Numbered from the stretch's first letter, positions 31,719-42,517 are shown. The stretch: DNA of 64,000 nucleotides from a bacterium (GCA_030426125.1 JAUHZB010000002.1:67633-131632); one strand, 5' to 3'. Notes: generated from the letters alone by a model not told the origin. Numbers and translations: made by a program.

Positions 31719-32083
31719 TACTTGATCTCCTTTCCGCTAGACTTATAGACTCTAACTTTTTCGTTTTTAGCATTGAACTTGTAGCCAATTCGAGTTGGTT
31801 TTTTGGTGCTCGGATCAACAATACCAACTTTAGAAACATCAATCGGTTTAGTGATTGAAATGATTCCACCTTGTGGGTTCTGTCGATTAGGCTTGATATG
31901 TTTCTTGACGATATTTAGGCCTTCAACAGTAACTTTGTTTAGGCTTGGGTGAGTGGCCGAAATTTTGCCAGTCTTACCTTTATTCTTCCCAGATAGTAGC
32001 ATTACTAGGTCGCCTTTTTTAAGACGAATTTTCACTACGTTCTTAGGTTTTGCGTGATCTTTAATGCTCATAGGTTTACTCAT
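31718..32083 (-). CDS. rplX: 50S ribosomal protein L24
   Basis: 121 aa. KOW motif LKKGDLVMLLSGKNKGKTGKI. Confidence 0.93.
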   Translation of the reverse strand: MSKPMSIKDHAKPKNVVKIRLKKGDLVMLLSGKNKGKTGKISATHPSLNKVTVEGLNIVKKHIKPNRQNPQGGIISITKPIDVSKVGIVDPSTKKPTRIGYKFNAKNEKVRVYKSSGKEIK

Positions 32084-32451
32084 TATAGGACCTCCGGTGC
32101 AAGTGAAATAATCTTAGCAAAACCAAGTTCTCGAAGTTCTCTAGGTACTGGTCCGAAGATACGAGTAGCTCGAGGTAATTTATCGTCGCCAATAACTACA
32201 GCAGCGTTGTCATCAAACTTGATAGTTGATCCATCTTTGCGCTTAATTACATTTTTCGTTCTAACAACTACAGCTCGAACAACGGTCTTTTTCTTAACTG
32301 TTCCGTTAGGGGCTGCTTCTTTTACGGTAGCAACGATAGTGTCACCGACTCTAGCGTATCGCTTGCGAGTACCACCAAGCACACGTATGCAAAGAAGTTC
32401 CTTCGCACCGCTGTTGTCACAGACTCCTAATCTTGATTCTTGCTGTATCAT
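32083..32451 (-). CDS. rplN: 50S ribosomal protein L14
   Basis: 122 aa. [27 protein letters not shown]. Confidence 0.97.
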   Translation of the reverse strand: MIQQESRLGVCDNSGAKELLCIRVLGGTRKRYARVGDTIVATVKEAAPNGTVKKKTVVRAVVVRTKNVIKRKDGSTIKFDDNAAVVIGDDKLPRATRIFGPVPRELRELGFAKIISLAPEVL

Positions 32452-32759
32452 TACTTATCTTCCTCTAATATTTCTTCAGCTTCTGGGCTGATAGCTTCAA
32501 CGCTGTTATTCTGAGATATCTTAGCTTTGCTTACAATTTTGTTTAGTTTGTGTCGTTTACGAGCACTAAGTGGAATTGTCTCTTCAATTATTACGCTGTC
32601 GCCAACTTTTGCTTTGTTGTCTTCATCGTGAGCCATGAACTTCTTGTTAGTCGCATAGGCTTTTTTGTATAGTGGGTGGGTTTTATGAGTAGCAACAGAG
32701 ACCACGATAGTCTTATCGGTGATATCGGAAACTACAACTCCTGTTAGGGTCTTAGCCAT
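32451..32759 (-). CDS. rpsQ: 30S ribosomal protein S17
   Basis: 102 aa. [18 protein letters not shown]...HPLYKK...[22 protein letters not shown]. Confidence 0.93.
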   Translation of the reverse strand: MAKTLTGVVVSDITDKTIVVSVATHKTHPLYKKAYATNKKFMAHDEDNKAKVGDSVIIEETIPLSARKRHKLNKIVSKAKISQNNSVEAISPEAEEILEEDK

Positions 32760-32959
32760 TATTCGGTCTCCTTGTAAATCTGTTCGCCAAGTACGGTCAG
32801 TATTCTGGCAAGATCTTTTCGCTTATTTCTTATCTGTCGAACGTTTGTTGTTTCGCCCATATGAACGCGTCGTTTTAGCTCAGCTATTTCTTCGCGTAGT
32901 TTAACGGACTCAACAGTTAACTTCTCGGTAGATAGTTTTCGAATTTCTAACATCTGCAT
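32759..32959 (-). CDS. rpmC: 50S ribosomal protein L29
   Basis: 66 aa helical. Position between rplP and rpsQ. LREEIAELKRRVHMGETTNVRQIRNKRKDLARI. Confidence 0.9.
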   Translation of the reverse strand: MQMLEIRKLSTEKLTVESVKLREEIAELKRRVHMGETTNVRQIRNKRKDLARILTVLGEQIYKETE

Positions 32960-32960
32960 A

Positions 32961-33374
32961 CTACACCTCGTCCTTAACTAAGAATTTAGTTTTCACTGGT
33001 AGTTTATGACTAGCTAGTCGCATTGCTTCTCTAGCAATAACTTCATCAACGCCTTGCATTTCAAATAGGATAGTTCCAGGACGGACTTTGGCTACGAAGA
33101 ATTCTGGGTTACCTTTTCCACTTCCCATTTTTACGTCTTGTGGTTTACGTGAAACTGGGATATGGGGGAAGATTCGAATCCAGATTTTACCACCACGCTT
33201 AATATAGCGGGTCATGGCTTGACGAGCAGCTTCGATTTGCCGAGAAGTGATACGTTCTGAGCCTAGGCTTTGCAGGGCGTAATCACCAAAAGCAATATAG
33301 TTACCACTAGTAGCGACACCGGTAATTCTACCTTTCATAGCTTTTCGGAATTTTTGTCGTTTAGGCATTAACAT
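32961..33374 (-). CDS. rplP: 50S ribosomal protein L16
   Basis: 137 aa. [16 protein letters not shown]... Confidence 0.96.
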   Translation of the reverse strand: MLMPKRQKFRKAMKGRITGVATSGNYIAFGDYALQSLGSERITSRQIEAARQAMTRYIKRGGKIWIRIFPHIPVSRKPQDVKMGSGKGNPEFFVAKVRPGTILFEMQGVDEVIAREAMRLASHKLPVKTKFLVKDEV

Positions 33375-33375
33375 A

Positions 33376-34005
33376 TTAACTTACCTCACCTTTGTAAATC
33401 CAAACCTTAACACCAATAATTCCTTTAGCTGTGTTAGCTGGAACACTAGCAAAGTCAATGTCAGCACGGATAGTGTGTAGCGGTACGCTGCCTTGGATTT
33501 CTTTTTCTCGTCTGGACATGTCGGCACCGTTTAAGCGTCCAGCAACTTCAATTCGGATTCCTTTTGCACCAGCCCGCATTGTGGCTGCAGCAGTAGATTT
33601 AACAGCTCGACGGAATGAAATTCGTCTTTCGATTTGGTGAGCGATATTTTCGGCTACTAGCTTCGCGTGCAATTCTGGTTTCTTAACTTCTTCGATGTTA
33701 ACTCGGGTTTGAGATTTGTAGATATTCTCGATTGCTGCTTTAAGCTCTTGGGCTCCTGTACCACCACGTCCTATAACAACACCAGCTTTGGCGGTATAGA
33801 TAGTTACAGTCACCATATTAGGAGATCGTTCAATATCTACTTTATTAATAGCAGCACGACTACCAAGTTTGTTTTTGATGAGCTTACGAACCTCTAGATC
33901 TTTAGCTAGATAGTCAGCGTATTCGCGTTTTCCAACAAACCATTTACTGCGCCAATCTTTATTGACCTGAAGTCGCATGCTGATAGGATTAACTTTTTGT
34001 CCCAT
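33376..34005 (-). CDS. rpsC: 30S ribosomal protein S3
   Basis: 209 aa. [25 protein letters not shown] domain. Confidence 0.96.
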   Translation of the reverse strand: MGQKVNPISMRLQVNKDWRSKWFVGKREYADYLAKDLEVRKLIKNKLGSRAAINKVDIERSPNMVTVTIYTAKAGVVIGRGGTGAQELKAAIENIYKSQTRVNIEEVKKPELHAKLVAENIAHQIERRISFRRAVKSTAAATMRAGAKGIRIEVAGRLNGADMSRREKEIQGSVPLHTIRADIDFASVPANTAKGIIGVKVWIYKGEVS

Positions 34006-34406
34006 TACTTCTTCCCTTTCTGCGGCTTACTTGTTTTGGCATCAACAGTCTTCTTAGTGCTTTTTGGTTTACGAACTTCACCGTCGACTATTACTCGGAT
34101 ATGGCTACTGCGCTTGATGTATGAAGCAGCTGAACCTCTAGCTTGTGGTCGGAAACGCTTTAGACGCATTCCTGGTGTAATGCTGATTTCAGTGATAACT
34201 AAGCTATCTGGTTTGTAGTTGTGGTTGTGGTCGGCGTTAGCCTTAGCACTCTCAATTGCTTTGCGAACAGGAATAGCCGATGCGCGAGGAGTGTGCTCTA
34301 GGATTACTAGGGCATCAGCTACAGTTCGCCCACGCACTAGACTAGCTACCTCACCTACTTTGCGAGGGCTAATGGAGACGTTTTTAGCGATTGATTTAAC
34401 ACTCAT
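34005..34406 (-). CDS. rplV: 50S ribosomal protein L22 (basic C-terminal tail)
   Basis: 133 aa. ISPRKVGEVASLVRGRTVADALVILEHTPR. Confidence 0.95.
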   Translation of the reverse strand: MSVKSIAKNVSISPRKVGEVASLVRGRTVADALVILEHTPRASAIPVRKAIESAKANADHNHNYKPDSLVITEISITPGMRLKRFRPQARGSAASYIKRSSHIRVIVDGEVRKPKSTKKTVDAKTSKPQKGKK

Positions 34407-34681
34407 TATTTCTGTCCTTTAGCTAGTTTACCGCCGTGGCTTCGGAATTTACGGGTTGGAGAAAATTCACCAAGCTTATGGCCAACCATGTTTTCAGTAA
34501 TAAATACTGGAACGTGTACTTTACCATTGTGAACGGCAATTGTTCGGCCAACGAATTCAGGGGCAATAGTTGACGATCGAGCCCAGGTTTTGATTATGGT
34601 ACGGTCTTCAGCACCTAGAGCACTAACCTTCTTGGCTAGTTTAGGGTCGATAAATGGTCCTTTTTTCAGTGATCTACTCAT
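34406..34681 (-). CDS. rpsS: 30S ribosomal protein S19
   Basis: 91 aa. [15 protein letters not shown]...[13 protein letters not shown]. Confidence 0.97.
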   Translation of the reverse strand: MSRSLKKGPFIDPKLAKKVSALGAEDRTIIKTWARSSTIAPEFVGRTIAVHNGKVHVPVFITENMVGHKLGEFSPTRKFRSHGGKLAKGQK

Positions 34682-34691
34682 AGTCTATTCC

Positions 34692-35528
34692 TTATTTTCT
34701 CTTGGCCTGATGACGGCTTCTAATTATATTCTTATTAGTACTCTTACGACGTCTGGTCTTGTAGCCAAGTGTCTTTTGACCCCATGGTGTGCGTGGCGCT
34801 TTAGCCATACGGTGTCTACCACCATCACCACCACCGTGTGGGTGATCAACAGCATTCATAACTACACCACGAACGCCCGGTCGTTTACCTTTAAGACGAT
34901 TTCGTCCAGCTTTACCAACTTTGATGTTCTGGTGTTGTTCGTTGCCGACACGTCCCAGACTGGCGCTACATTCTAGAAGTACGATACGTACTTCACCACT
35001 TGGCATTCTAATTTGAGCATGGCCGTCTTCTTTAGCCATTAGCTGAGCGCTAGTTCCGGCTGATCGTACCATTTGAGCACCTCTACCTGGTGTTAGTTCG
35101 ATTCCGTGAATAAGGCTACCAACTGGTATGTTCTTTAGAGCTAGACGGTTTCCAGTTTCAATAGCAGCTTCTTCTCCAGAAGAAATTTTTTGGCCAACCT
35201 TCATTCCTTTAGCGGCTAGAATGTAGTGGTAGGTACCGTTAGATTCTTTAATTCTAGCAATCCGAGCTGAACGGTTAGGGTCGTACTCAATAGCTTCAAT
35301 TGTGGCTTGGCTTCCAGGAGCAAGCTTGAAGTTCATAAGTCGGTAGAATTGTTTTACTCCACCACCTTGGTGACGAGTAGTAATTCGGCCTTGGTTGTTG
35401 CGTCCCGCATTCTTAGACTTTTTAACTAGCAAAGACTTGATCGGCTTCTTAGCGGTAATTTCACTCATGTCCTGACTAGACATGCCACGACGGCCTGGTG
35501 TAGTTGGTCGGTATAGTTCAATAGCCAT
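34692..35528 (-). CDS. rplB: 50S ribosomal protein L2
   Basis: 278 aa. VRGVVMNAVDHPHGGGDGG. Confidence 0.97.
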   Translation of the reverse strand: MAIELYRPTTPGRRGMSSQDMSEITAKKPIKSLLVKKSKNAGRNNQGRITTRHQGGGVKQFYRLMNFKLAPGSQATIEAIEYDPNRSARIARIKESNGTYHYILAAKGMKVGQKISSGEEAAIETGNRLALKNIPVGSLIHGIELTPGRGAQMVRSAGTSAQLMAKEDGHAQIRMPSGEVRIVLLECSASLGRVGNEQHQNIKVGKAGRNRLKGKRPGVRGVVMNAVDHPHGGGDGGRHRMAKAPRTPWGQKTLGYKTRRRKSTNKNIIRSRHQAKRK

Positions 35529-35884
35529 TATTTAGTCTCCGCCTTTTCTGACTTTTTGGTCTTAGCTTTCTTCTTATTGCTGTTTTCTTCTTCAGATTCA
35601 AAGATGGTGATGCTATCGCCAGCTTTTAGGGTGACGTAAGCTTTCTTAATGTCAGCTCGGTTGACTTTGATTGGTCGAGCTCGTCGGTGACGACTACTGA
35701 CAGCTTTACCACTCTGAATCACGGTGCGAACTTTAGTAACGCTAACATCAAACTGAGCTTCTACAGCCTTCTTAATAGTCATCTTATTAGCATCAACCGG
35801 CACTACAAATACGTAAACATTGCTAGTAGTACTTTGTTGGTAAGCTTTTTCGCTCATTCGAGGCTTAAGGATAAGATCTTTCAT
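35528..35884 (-). CDS. rplW: 50S ribosomal protein L23 (basic C-terminal tail)
   Basis: 118 aa. ILKPRMSEKAY...FVVPVDANKMTIKKAVE. Confidence 0.93.
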   Translation of the reverse strand: MKDLILKPRMSEKAYQQSTTSNVYVFVVPVDANKMTIKKAVEAQFDVSVTKVRTVIQSGKAVSSRHRRARPIKVNRADIKKAYVTLKAGDSITIFESEEENSNKKKAKTKKSEKAETK

Positions 35885-36597
35885 TATTTTGCCTCTCCTT
35901 TAGCGGTATCTTTAGCGGTATTAGTAGCAGTAGCTTTCTTGGCTGGTGCTGGTTTATCGCTGTTACTTGGATTTAGCCAGCTAGAAATTGTATCTAGGGC
36001 CTTTTTCTCGATAATGATGTTATAGGCATTAACTACGTCAAAGACGTTTAGGTAATTTGGTTGAACAACTTTAACTTCACTTAGGTTTGCACTAGCTCGA
36101 CTTATTTTTTGATCAATGTCAGCTACAACAAGTAGGGTCTGTCGTTTAGCGCCAAGTTTGTTTAGTAGTTTTGCTAGCTCGTTAGTTTTAGCTTCTTTTA
36201 GGCTAATAGAGTCAATAACAGATACTTGTTTTTGGTTAGCAGCAAGGCTCAGAGCTTGTCGAATAGCTTGTCGCTTAGCTTTAACATGCATTTTCTTAGA
36301 GTAGTTTTCTTGGCCAGTTGGACCGAAAGTGATACCACCACCTCGCCATAATGGAACCCGGATAGAACCGAAACGGGCTCGGCCGGTGCCTTTTTGACGC
36401 CATGGTTTTTTACCACCACCACGAACTAGTCCTCTAGTCTTAGTCACAGCTAGATTCTCTCGGCCGTTAGCTAGGTACATAGTGTAGGCCTGCTTGATAA
36501 GCTCATGATTGTCCACATCTAGGCCAAACACAGCCTTATCTAGAGTGGTGTTAGTGCTAGCCTTAGTTCCAGATTTGGTATAAGTTAAAGCATTCAT
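35884..36597 (-). CDS. rplD: 50S ribosomal protein L4 (Lys/Ala-rich C-terminal tail)
   Basis: 237 aa. GGGKKPWRQKGTGRARFGSIRVPLWRGGG. Confidence 0.95.
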   Translation of the reverse strand: MNALTYTKSGTKASTNTTLDKAVFGLDVDNHELIKQAYTMYLANGRENLAVTKTRGLVRGGGKKPWRQKGTGRARFGSIRVPLWRGGGITFGPTGQENYSKKMHVKAKRQAIRQALSLAANQKQVSVIDSISLKEAKTNELAKLLNKLGAKRQTLLVVADIDQKISRASANLSEVKVVQPNYLNVFDVVNAYNIIIEKKALDTISSWLNPSNSDKPAPAKKATATNTAKDTAKGEAK

Positions 36598-37232
36598 TAT
36601 TTATTACCCCCAGATTTGCTGGATATAGCTCGAACTAAGACTAGGCTTTTTCGAGGACCAGGCACTGCACCCTTAACACCAATAATGTTATTCTCAGTGT
36701 CAACTAAGGCAATTTCTTGGTTTAGGACGCTAACTTTAGCGTTGCCCATACGTCCAGCCATCTTCTTACCTTTAAAGATGTGCTGTGGGTACATAGATCC
36801 AATAGATCCTGGTTGACGAGTATTTCCTTTACCACCGTGGGTTTTTCTTTGGCGGTGGAAGTTGTGACGCTTAATTGTACCTGCGAAACCTTTACCTTTG
36901 GAAGTTCCCTGGACGTTGACTTTGTCGCCAATTGAAAAGACCTCTGCGGTCAGTTCAGATCCGACGCTGAGGTCTTCTTCTTTATCTTCTAGTCTAAATT
37001 CACGAATCACTTTGCTACTGGCTTTAGAAGGCTTTAGATGTCCTAGAAGGCTTTTATTGTTCTTGTTTGCCACTTCAGTACCAACTTGAATTGCGTTATA
37101 GCCATCTATTTCAGTGGTCTTTACTTGAGTTACAGTGTTTGGTTGAGCTGAAAGTAGGGTAACAGGACAGATAGCACCATCTTCCATTATGATGCTGGTC
37201 ATTCCAATTTTGCGGGTAACTAGTGCTTTCAT
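36597..37232 (-). CDS. rplC: 50S ribosomal protein L3
   Basis: 211 aa. KGKGFAGTIKRHNFHRQRKTHGG. Confidence 0.96.
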   Translation of the reverse strand: MKALVTRKIGMTSIIMEDGAICPVTLLSAQPNTVTQVKTTEIDGYNAIQVGTEVANKNNKSLLGHLKPSKASSKVIREFRLEDKEEDLSVGSELTAEVFSIGDKVNVQGTSKGKGFAGTIKRHNFHRQRKTHGGKGNTRQPGSIGSMYPQHIFKGKKMAGRMGNAKVSVLNQEIALVDTENNIIGVKGAVPGPRKSLVLVRAISSKSGGNK

Positions 37233-37400
37233 CTATCCTCTTGTTTTACTTTTTATCTCTAGGCTCTAGAAATAAAAACATTTGGCCGTAAATGGTTTTC
37301 ATCTGTTATAGCAAGCATTACTGGATATTAACTACCCTTTTACTTAACTGATGAACCTACTTACCAACCAATTTATTATTGATACCAATAAAGAGTAACA

Positions 37401-37431
37401 TTTATAAGCTACATCTGTCAATATGTTGCAA
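37401..37431 (-). promoter_or_regulatory. weak candidate promoter for rplC and downstream genes
   Basis: Minus strand TTGCAA (37426-37431), 19 nt, TATAAA (37401-37406); spacing is suboptimal. It sits inside the 248-nt gap between the 104-aa gene and rplC. Confidence 0.3.
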
Positions 37432-37480
37432 AAACCACACCATATTTTCATTCTTCTCTGTTATGCGTTTTGGGCCATTT

Positions 37481-37795
37481 CTAGATCACGACAGTTAGTC
37501 CAGCCGGTAAAAAATAGCCTATAAACATCGATACTAGTATGACTGCGTACTCTATTTTACGGTCAATTTTTAAGCGGTCATGGGTGGCAAGCAAGATAGC
37601 AGCTATCGCTCCCAGCGGTAATGATATTGTCGGTTTACCAGCTTGGTTCACGAAATGAACCCACTGACTACCTAGTATTAGATATACAGTTAATTTAAGT
37701 ATGTATATAGAATCTAGTGATTTGTTACTAGAACTAGATCTAGTAATTGGTTTGTTTACTGATTTCTTTTTTGTAGCTTTTTTATTTTTAGGCAT
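37481..37795 (-). CDS. hypothetical small membrane protein (104 aa, basic N-terminus, ~3 TM helices) inserted between rpsJ and rplC
   Basis: ORF track ORF. Hydrophobic segments YILKLTVYLILG, LPLGAIAAILLA, AVILVSMFIGYFLPAGL. TATACT (37804-37809) lies 8 nt before the ATG, with no Shine-Dalgarno site. Confidence 0.55.
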   Translation of the reverse strand: MPKNKKATKKKSVNKPITRSSSSNKSLDSIYILKLTVYLILGSQWVHFVNQAGKPTISLPLGAIAAILLATHDRLKIDRKIEYAVILVSMFIGYFLPAGLTVVI

Positions 37796-37823
37796 TAGCT
37801 ATAAGTATACACTATAGCAATAA

Positions 37824-38156
37824 TTACATCTTAATTTCAGCGTCACAACCGGCTGGTAAGCTGATATTCATAAGACTATCAATTGTCTTTGGTGTCGGAT
37901 CTAGAACGTCAATTAGACGTTTGTGAACCCGCATTTCAAACTGTTCACGACCTTTCTTATACACATGTGGGCTTTTTACGACTGTATAAGTAGTTTTCCT
38001 TGTAGGAAGCGGGATTGGACCAGCTATTACGGCACCGTTTCTAAGAGCGGTATCGACTATTTGTTTAGCAGCCTGATCTATCACTTTGTGATCATAGGCT
38101 TTTAGGCGGATACGAATCCGCTGTTTTGAATTTGAATCTTTTTTGGCTTCAGCCAT
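37824..38156 (-). CDS. rpsJ: 30S ribosomal protein S10
   Basis: 110 aa. [26 protein letters not shown]...RLIDV. Confidence 0.96.
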   Translation of the reverse strand: MAEAKKDSNSKQRIRIRLKAYDHKVIDQAAKQIVDTALRNGAVIAGPIPLPTRKTTYTVVKSPHVYKKGREQFEMRVHKRLIDVLDPTPKTIDSLMNISLPAGCDAEIKM

Positions 38157-38242
38157 TTCTTCTCCTTGTAATGTAACATCCCTAGAAAGCTATATGAGCG
38201 AAACTAGTGACTTTTAGTCATTACGATTAATTTACAGAGGAT

Positions 38243-38271
38243 ATAGTAACCTACTATCAGGGATTTGTCTA
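38243..38271 (-). promoter_or_regulatory. candidate promoter of rpsJ
   Basis: Minus strand TAGACA (38266-38271), 17 nt, TACTAT (38243-38248). About 80-nt leader with a GGAG Shine-Dalgarno site before rpsJ. Confidence 0.5.
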
Positions 38272-38273
38272 CA

Positions 38274-38735
38274 CTAGTCTTTATGGTACAGTTGGCCTTC
38301 AGTTATCTTAACAGGTATCTCTGGAATTTCTGTCATCATTGCGCGTCCAATATCTTTAAAATTGCGGCTGAGCGGGTGGTTGCAAAAATAGTCTCCAGTT
38401 TCTTCATCCTTAGGGGTTGGTTCCGTTGTACATTCCTCAAGTTCGGCTAGAGACTTTATCATACTAATAGCATCTTTACGAGCTGTTTTTTCACCCCAAA
38501 GTTCTCCAAGTTCTTCAGTCTTTTTTTTGATTTTCCTAAGATTTTCTCGGGTTGGGCATGTAGCACACAGGCCTTCTTGTGCTGTGGGCTCTTGTTCTGG
38601 AGATTTTTTTGCTTTTTTTCCTGAAGATTTGTCTTTTATTCTCCTCCCAGGTGTAAACCCTTGGTCTCTCCATGTACCAACTGGCGCCACAGAATTTGAT
38701 CCAATTCCGACTGGGGGTCTCCACTCTCTACTCAT
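38274..38735 (-). CDS. hypothetical protein (153 aa), Lys/Glu-rich with CxxC...CxH
   Basis: ORF track ORF. GGAG lies 5 nt before the ATG. TAGAAT -10 at 38767-38772. No family recognised. Lies between tuf and rpsJ. Confidence 0.5.
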   Translation of the reverse strand: MSREWRPPVGIGSNSVAPVGTWRDQGFTPGRRIKDKSSGKKAKKSPEQEPTAQEGLCATCPTRENLRKIKKKTEELGELWGEKTARKDAISMIKSLAELEECTTEPTPKDEETGDYFCNHPLSRNFKDIGRAMMTEIPEIPVKITEGQLYHKD

Positions 38736-38900
38736 AACATCTCCTGTATTAATTGCAATGTGAGTAATTCTACAATAAATCTATGGCCTAGGCAACTTTA
38801 CGTCTGTTTGCTTGGCCATAGCGATTAATTCTGCGTTAACAATTAATAACTTGTCTTCTAGCGATCTTTTACTGAACGATTCGTCAGTTGTACTTGCAGA

Positions 38901-39032
38901 TTAGCGATCGGAAAGTATTTCATAGATTTCTTTAACATCATTTGAAAGAGTCTCAACAGAACCTCTCAGCGGCATCAGCTCGTCTGAAATAATTTGTCTA
39001 ATATCTTGAAGATCGTCGGATGATAAACTCAT
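38901..39032 (-). CDS. candidate small protein (43 aa, MSLSSDDLQDIRQIISDELMPLRGSVETLSNDVKEIYEILSDR)
   Basis: Below the ORF-track size cutoff. The ATG lies 6 nt after extended -10 TGaTACACT (39039-39047), immediately downstream of the tuf terminator. Predicted helical and acidic. Confidence 0.35.
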   Translation of the reverse strand: MSLSSDDLQDIRQIISDELMPLRGSVETLSNDVKEIYEILSDR

Positions 39033-39061
39033 ATGTACAGTGTATCATTTCAAAATAGTGT

Positions 39062-39090
39062 AAAAAAAGACCCGGATTTCTCCGGGCCTT
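39062..39090 (-). terminator. rho-independent terminator after tuf
   Basis: Minus strand GCCCGGA-gaaa-TCCGGGTC followed by TTTTTTT. Confidence 0.8.
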
Positions 39091-39111
39091 TACTTAAGCT
39101 TGGTTGCTAGA

Positions 39112-40296
39112 TTATTTACTAATCTTGGTAACAACACCAGCACCTACGGTTCGACCACCTTCACGGATAGCGAATCGAAGTCCTTGTTCCATAGCAATTG
39201 GAGCAAGTAGTTTTACCTTGAAAGTGACAGTGTCACCAGGCATAACCATTTCTTTGTCAGCTGGTAGTTCAACTTCTCCGGTCACGTCAGTGGTTCGGAA
39301 GTAGAACTGTGGCTTATATCCCTTGAAGAAAGGAGTATGTCGTCCACCTTCTTCTTTGGTTAGGATATATACTTCAGCGTCAAATTCGGTGTGTGGAGTA
39401 ACTGATCCTGGCTTAGCAAGAACCTGTCCACGTTCGATGTCGTCACGCTCAATTCCTCGAAGTAGGATACCAACGTTATCTCCAGCTTGTCCTTGGTCAA
39501 GATTCTTCTTGAACATTTCAACGCCAGTAACAGTAGACTTAGTAGTCTTCTTAATACCTACGATTTCGACTTCTTCACCAACCTTAACAACACCTTGTTC
39601 AACACGACCAGTAGCAACGGTACCACGACCTTTAATGCTGAATACATCTTCAATAGGCATTAGGAAAGATTTGTCTAGTTCACGCTTTGGTTCTGGGATG
39701 TAGTCATCCATAGCCTTAACTAGTTCCATGATAGCTTCTTCATCTTCTGCAGAACCATCAAGAGCCTTCGTGGCTGATCCCTTGATGATAGGAGCGTTTT
39801 CGTCAAAACCATTCTTAGATAGTAGTTCACGAATATCCATTTCAACTAGTTCAACTAGCTCTGGGTCGGCAAGGTCCATTTTGTTCATGAATACGATGAT
39901 GCTTGGTACACCAACCTGCTTTGCAAGAAGAACGTGTTCACGAGTTTGTGGCAATGGTCCGTCATTTGCACCAACAACTAGGATAGCGCCGTCAATTTGA
40001 GCAGCACCGGTAATCATGTTCTTAACATAGTCGGCGTGTCCTGGCATATCTACGTGAGCGTAGTGACGCTTTTCACTTTCGTATTCCTGGTGAGAAGTAG
40101 CGATGGTTATACCACGAGCCTTTTCTTCAGGTGCGTTGTCGATTTGGTCATAAGCGACCAACTTGTTGACATCGCTAGGTAGCTTCTTAGCTAGTACTGA
40201 AGTAATAGCAGCTGTTAGTGTTGTTTTTCCATGGTCAACGTGTCCCATGGTACCGACGTTTACGTGCGGTTTGCTTCGATCAAAATTGTCTGCCAT
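39112..40296 (-). CDS. tuf: elongation factor Tu
   Basis: 394 aa. [22 protein letters not shown]. Confidence 0.98.
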   Translation of the reverse strand: MADNFDRSKPHVNVGTMGHVDHGKTTLTAAITSVLAKKLPSDVNKLVAYDQIDNAPEEKARGITIATSHQEYESEKRHYAHVDMPGHADYVKNMITGAAQIDGAILVVGANDGPLPQTREHVLLAKQVGVPSIIVFMNKMDLADPELVELVEMDIRELLSKNGFDENAPIIKGSATKALDGSAEDEEAIMELVKAMDDYIPEPKRELDKSFLMPIEDVFSIKGRGTVATGRVEQGVVKVGEEVEIVGIKKTTKSTVTGVEMFKKNLDQGQAGDNVGILLRGIERDDIERGQVLAKPGSVTPHTEFDAEVYILTKEEGGRHTPFFKGYKPQFYFRTTDVTGEVELPADKEMVMPGDTVTFKVKLLAPIAMEQGLRFAIREGGRTVGAGVVTKISK

Positions 40297-40379
40297 ATGG
40301 TTAGACTCCTATTTATTGAATTACAAATTATTAAATATTTCTTGCATTAGGTTACAGAACCCATGCGAGTTACCGATAT

Positions 40380-40407
40380 ATATTATCTAAATCGTAACTG
40401 TTTGTAA
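40380..40407 (-). promoter_or_regulatory. candidate promoter of tuf
   Basis: Minus strand TTACAA (40402-40407), 16 nt, TAATAT (40380-40385). Confidence 0.45.
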
Positions 40408-40419
40408 AGTGTTTATTTG

Positions 40420-42504
40420 TTATTTTGTGTTGCTTGCAATGATCGCTTCAGCGACGTGATTTGGTACGTCAGCATAGTGATCTAGTTCCATGCTAGAGCT
40501 AGCTCGTCCCTGGGTTGTGCTACGTAGGTTGGTAGTGTAGCCAAACATTTCTCCAAGTGGTACGAAAGCGGTGATTTCTTTTACGCCAGCGCTAAGGTCT
40601 TCCATTGATTCAATACGACCACGTTTACTGTTTAGGTCACCAATTACATCACCCATGAATTCTTCTGGAGTTACAACCACTACTTTCATGACTGGCTCCA
40701 TTAGCACAGCATTGGCGTTTTTAACACCAGCCTGAAGGGCCATGCTACCAGCAATCTTGAAGGCCATTTCATTAGAGTCAACATCGTGGAAACTTCCATC
40801 GTATAGCTCGGCCTTAATGTCTACGACTGGGTATCCAGCCAACACACCGTTAGCCATGGCTTCTTTAATACCTTCAGATACTGGCTTAATATATTCACTA
40901 GGGATCACACCGCCTTTAATTGAGTTAATGAACTCAAAACCTTCACCAGATTCATTCTGGCTAAGTCGGATCCAGACATGACCGTACTGACCACGTCCAC
41001 CAGATTGTTTAATGAACTTACCTTCAGCTTCAACAGCATCTTTCCTAATTGTTTCACGGTAAGCAACTTGTGGTTGACCAATATTAGCTTCAACTTTGAA
41101 CTCACGTTTCATTCTATCTACTAGAATTTCTAGGTGAAGCTCACCCATACCGCTAATAATGGTTTGTCCGGTCTCATCGTCAACCTTAACCCTAAAAGTA
41201 GGATCCTCTTCAGCTAGACGTTGCAGAGCGGTGCTCATCTTTTCCTGGTCCGCTTTAGTCTTCGGCTCAATAGCAATACTTACTGGTGGTTCAGGGAAAG
41301 TAATGCTTTCTAGAATGATTGGTTTGCTTTGTTCACAAAGCGTATCACCAGTTGTCGTTCCTTTTAGACCCACGATAGCAGCGATATCTCCAGCATCTAC
41401 CTCGTCTACTTCTTCACGCTTGTCAGCTTGCATTCGTACAATACGCCCGACACGTTCTTTTTCACCAGTTGAGCTATTAAGTACATAACTACCAGATTTT
41501 AGTTTTCCAGAATATACCCGGAAGTAAGCTAGCTTACCAACGAAAGGATCAGTTGCGATCTTGAAGGCTAGGCCAGCAAATGGTTCAGCTACATCTGGTT
41601 TTCGTTCCAGCTTATCGCCAGATTTTGGATCAGTTCCCCAGTTGGAGCCACGATCTACTGGGCTAGGCAGTAGTTCGTTTACTAGATCTAGGATCTTCTC
41701 AACAATTACACCACGACCGTCTCCACCAGTTACGGCAAAGAAGTTTGAGGTAAGAACTGCGCTTCGAATAGCTTGTTTAATTTCTTCTTCACTAAGGCCG
41801 TCTTCACCAACTTCGAAGTATTTCTCAAGCATCGCTTCGTCTTCGGCCACGGCATTTTCTATAAGTAGGCTTCGGTATTTCTTAACCTTATCCAGCATAT
41901 CCTCAGGTATTTCACCCTCAATTAGGGTTTTATCTGTGAATTCTTTGTAGGTGTAGGCTTTCATAGAAACTAGGTCGACTACTCCATTAATGCCTTGTTC
42001 GAAGCCAATTGGCAGGTGGATTGGGAAAGCCCGTTTATTAAGACGAGCATGAATAGTATCTAGTGACTTATAGAAATCTCCACCAGTTTGGTTGATCTTG
42101 TTAATAAAACAAATACGTGGAACATTATATTTGTCAGCTTGGCGCCAAACAGTTTCAGACTGCGATTCTACACCCATTTTACCGTCAAATACTACGATAG
42201 CACCGTCAAGAACACGCAATGAGCGTTCTACTTCAACTGTAAAGTCGATGTGCCCTGGTGTATCGATGATGTTGATCTGGTGATCTTTCCAATAACAAGA
42301 AACAGCGGCAGACACAATAGTAATACCACGTTCACGTTCTTGGGCCATCCAGTCAGTAGTTGTTTCACCGTCATGAACAGCACCAATTTTGTGCTTTAGC
42401 CCAGTACGATACAGAATTCCTTCTGTAGTTGTAGTCTTACCAGCATCAATGTGTGCGATAATTCCGATGTTTCTAATCTTGCCTAGTGGGTATTTTTTTG
42501 CCAT
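40420..42504 (-). CDS. fusA: elongation factor G
   Basis: 694 aa. [20 protein letters not shown], five-domain length. Confidence 0.98.
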   Translation of the reverse strand: MAKKYPLGKIRNIGIIAHIDAGKTTTTEGILYRTGLKHKIGAVHDGETTTDWMAQERERGITIVSAAVSCYWKDHQINIIDTPGHIDFTVEVERSLRVLDGAIVVFDGKMGVESQSETVWRQADKYNVPRICFINKINQTGGDFYKSLDTIHARLNKRAFPIHLPIGFEQGINGVVDLVSMKAYTYKEFTDKTLIEGEIPEDMLDKVKKYRSLLIENAVAEDEAMLEKYFEVGEDGLSEEEIKQAIRSAVLTSNFFAVTGGDGRGVIVEKILDLVNELLPSPVDRGSNWGTDPKSGDKLERKPDVAEPFAGLAFKIATDPFVGKLAYFRVYSGKLKSGSYVLNSSTGEKERVGRIVRMQADKREEVDEVDAGDIAAIVGLKGTTTGDTLCEQSKPIILESITFPEPPVSIAIEPKTKADQEKMSTALQRLAEEDPTFRVKVDDETGQTIISGMGELHLEILVDRMKREFKVEANIGQPQVAYRETIRKDAVEAEGKFIKQSGGRGQYGHVWIRLSQNESGEGFEFINSIKGGVIPSEYIKPVSEGIKEAMANGVLAGYPVVDIKAELYDGSFHDVDSNEMAFKIAGSMALQAGVKNANAVLMEPVMKVVVVTPEEFMGDVIGDLNSKRGRIESMEDLSAGVKEITAFVPLGEMFGYTTNLRSTTQGRASSSMELDHYADVPNHVAEAIIASNTK

Positions 42505-42517
42505 TTATTGTTCCTTA

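Noticed and set aside
38527-38763. Alternative-frame ORFs (38536..38724 minus, 38527..38763 plus) overlapping the 153-aa gene.
   Set aside because: Only the 153-aa frame has a GGAG Shine-Dalgarno site at correct spacing and an upstream -10. The others are probably compositional artefacts. I cannot fully exclude that the 153-aa model itself is wrong.
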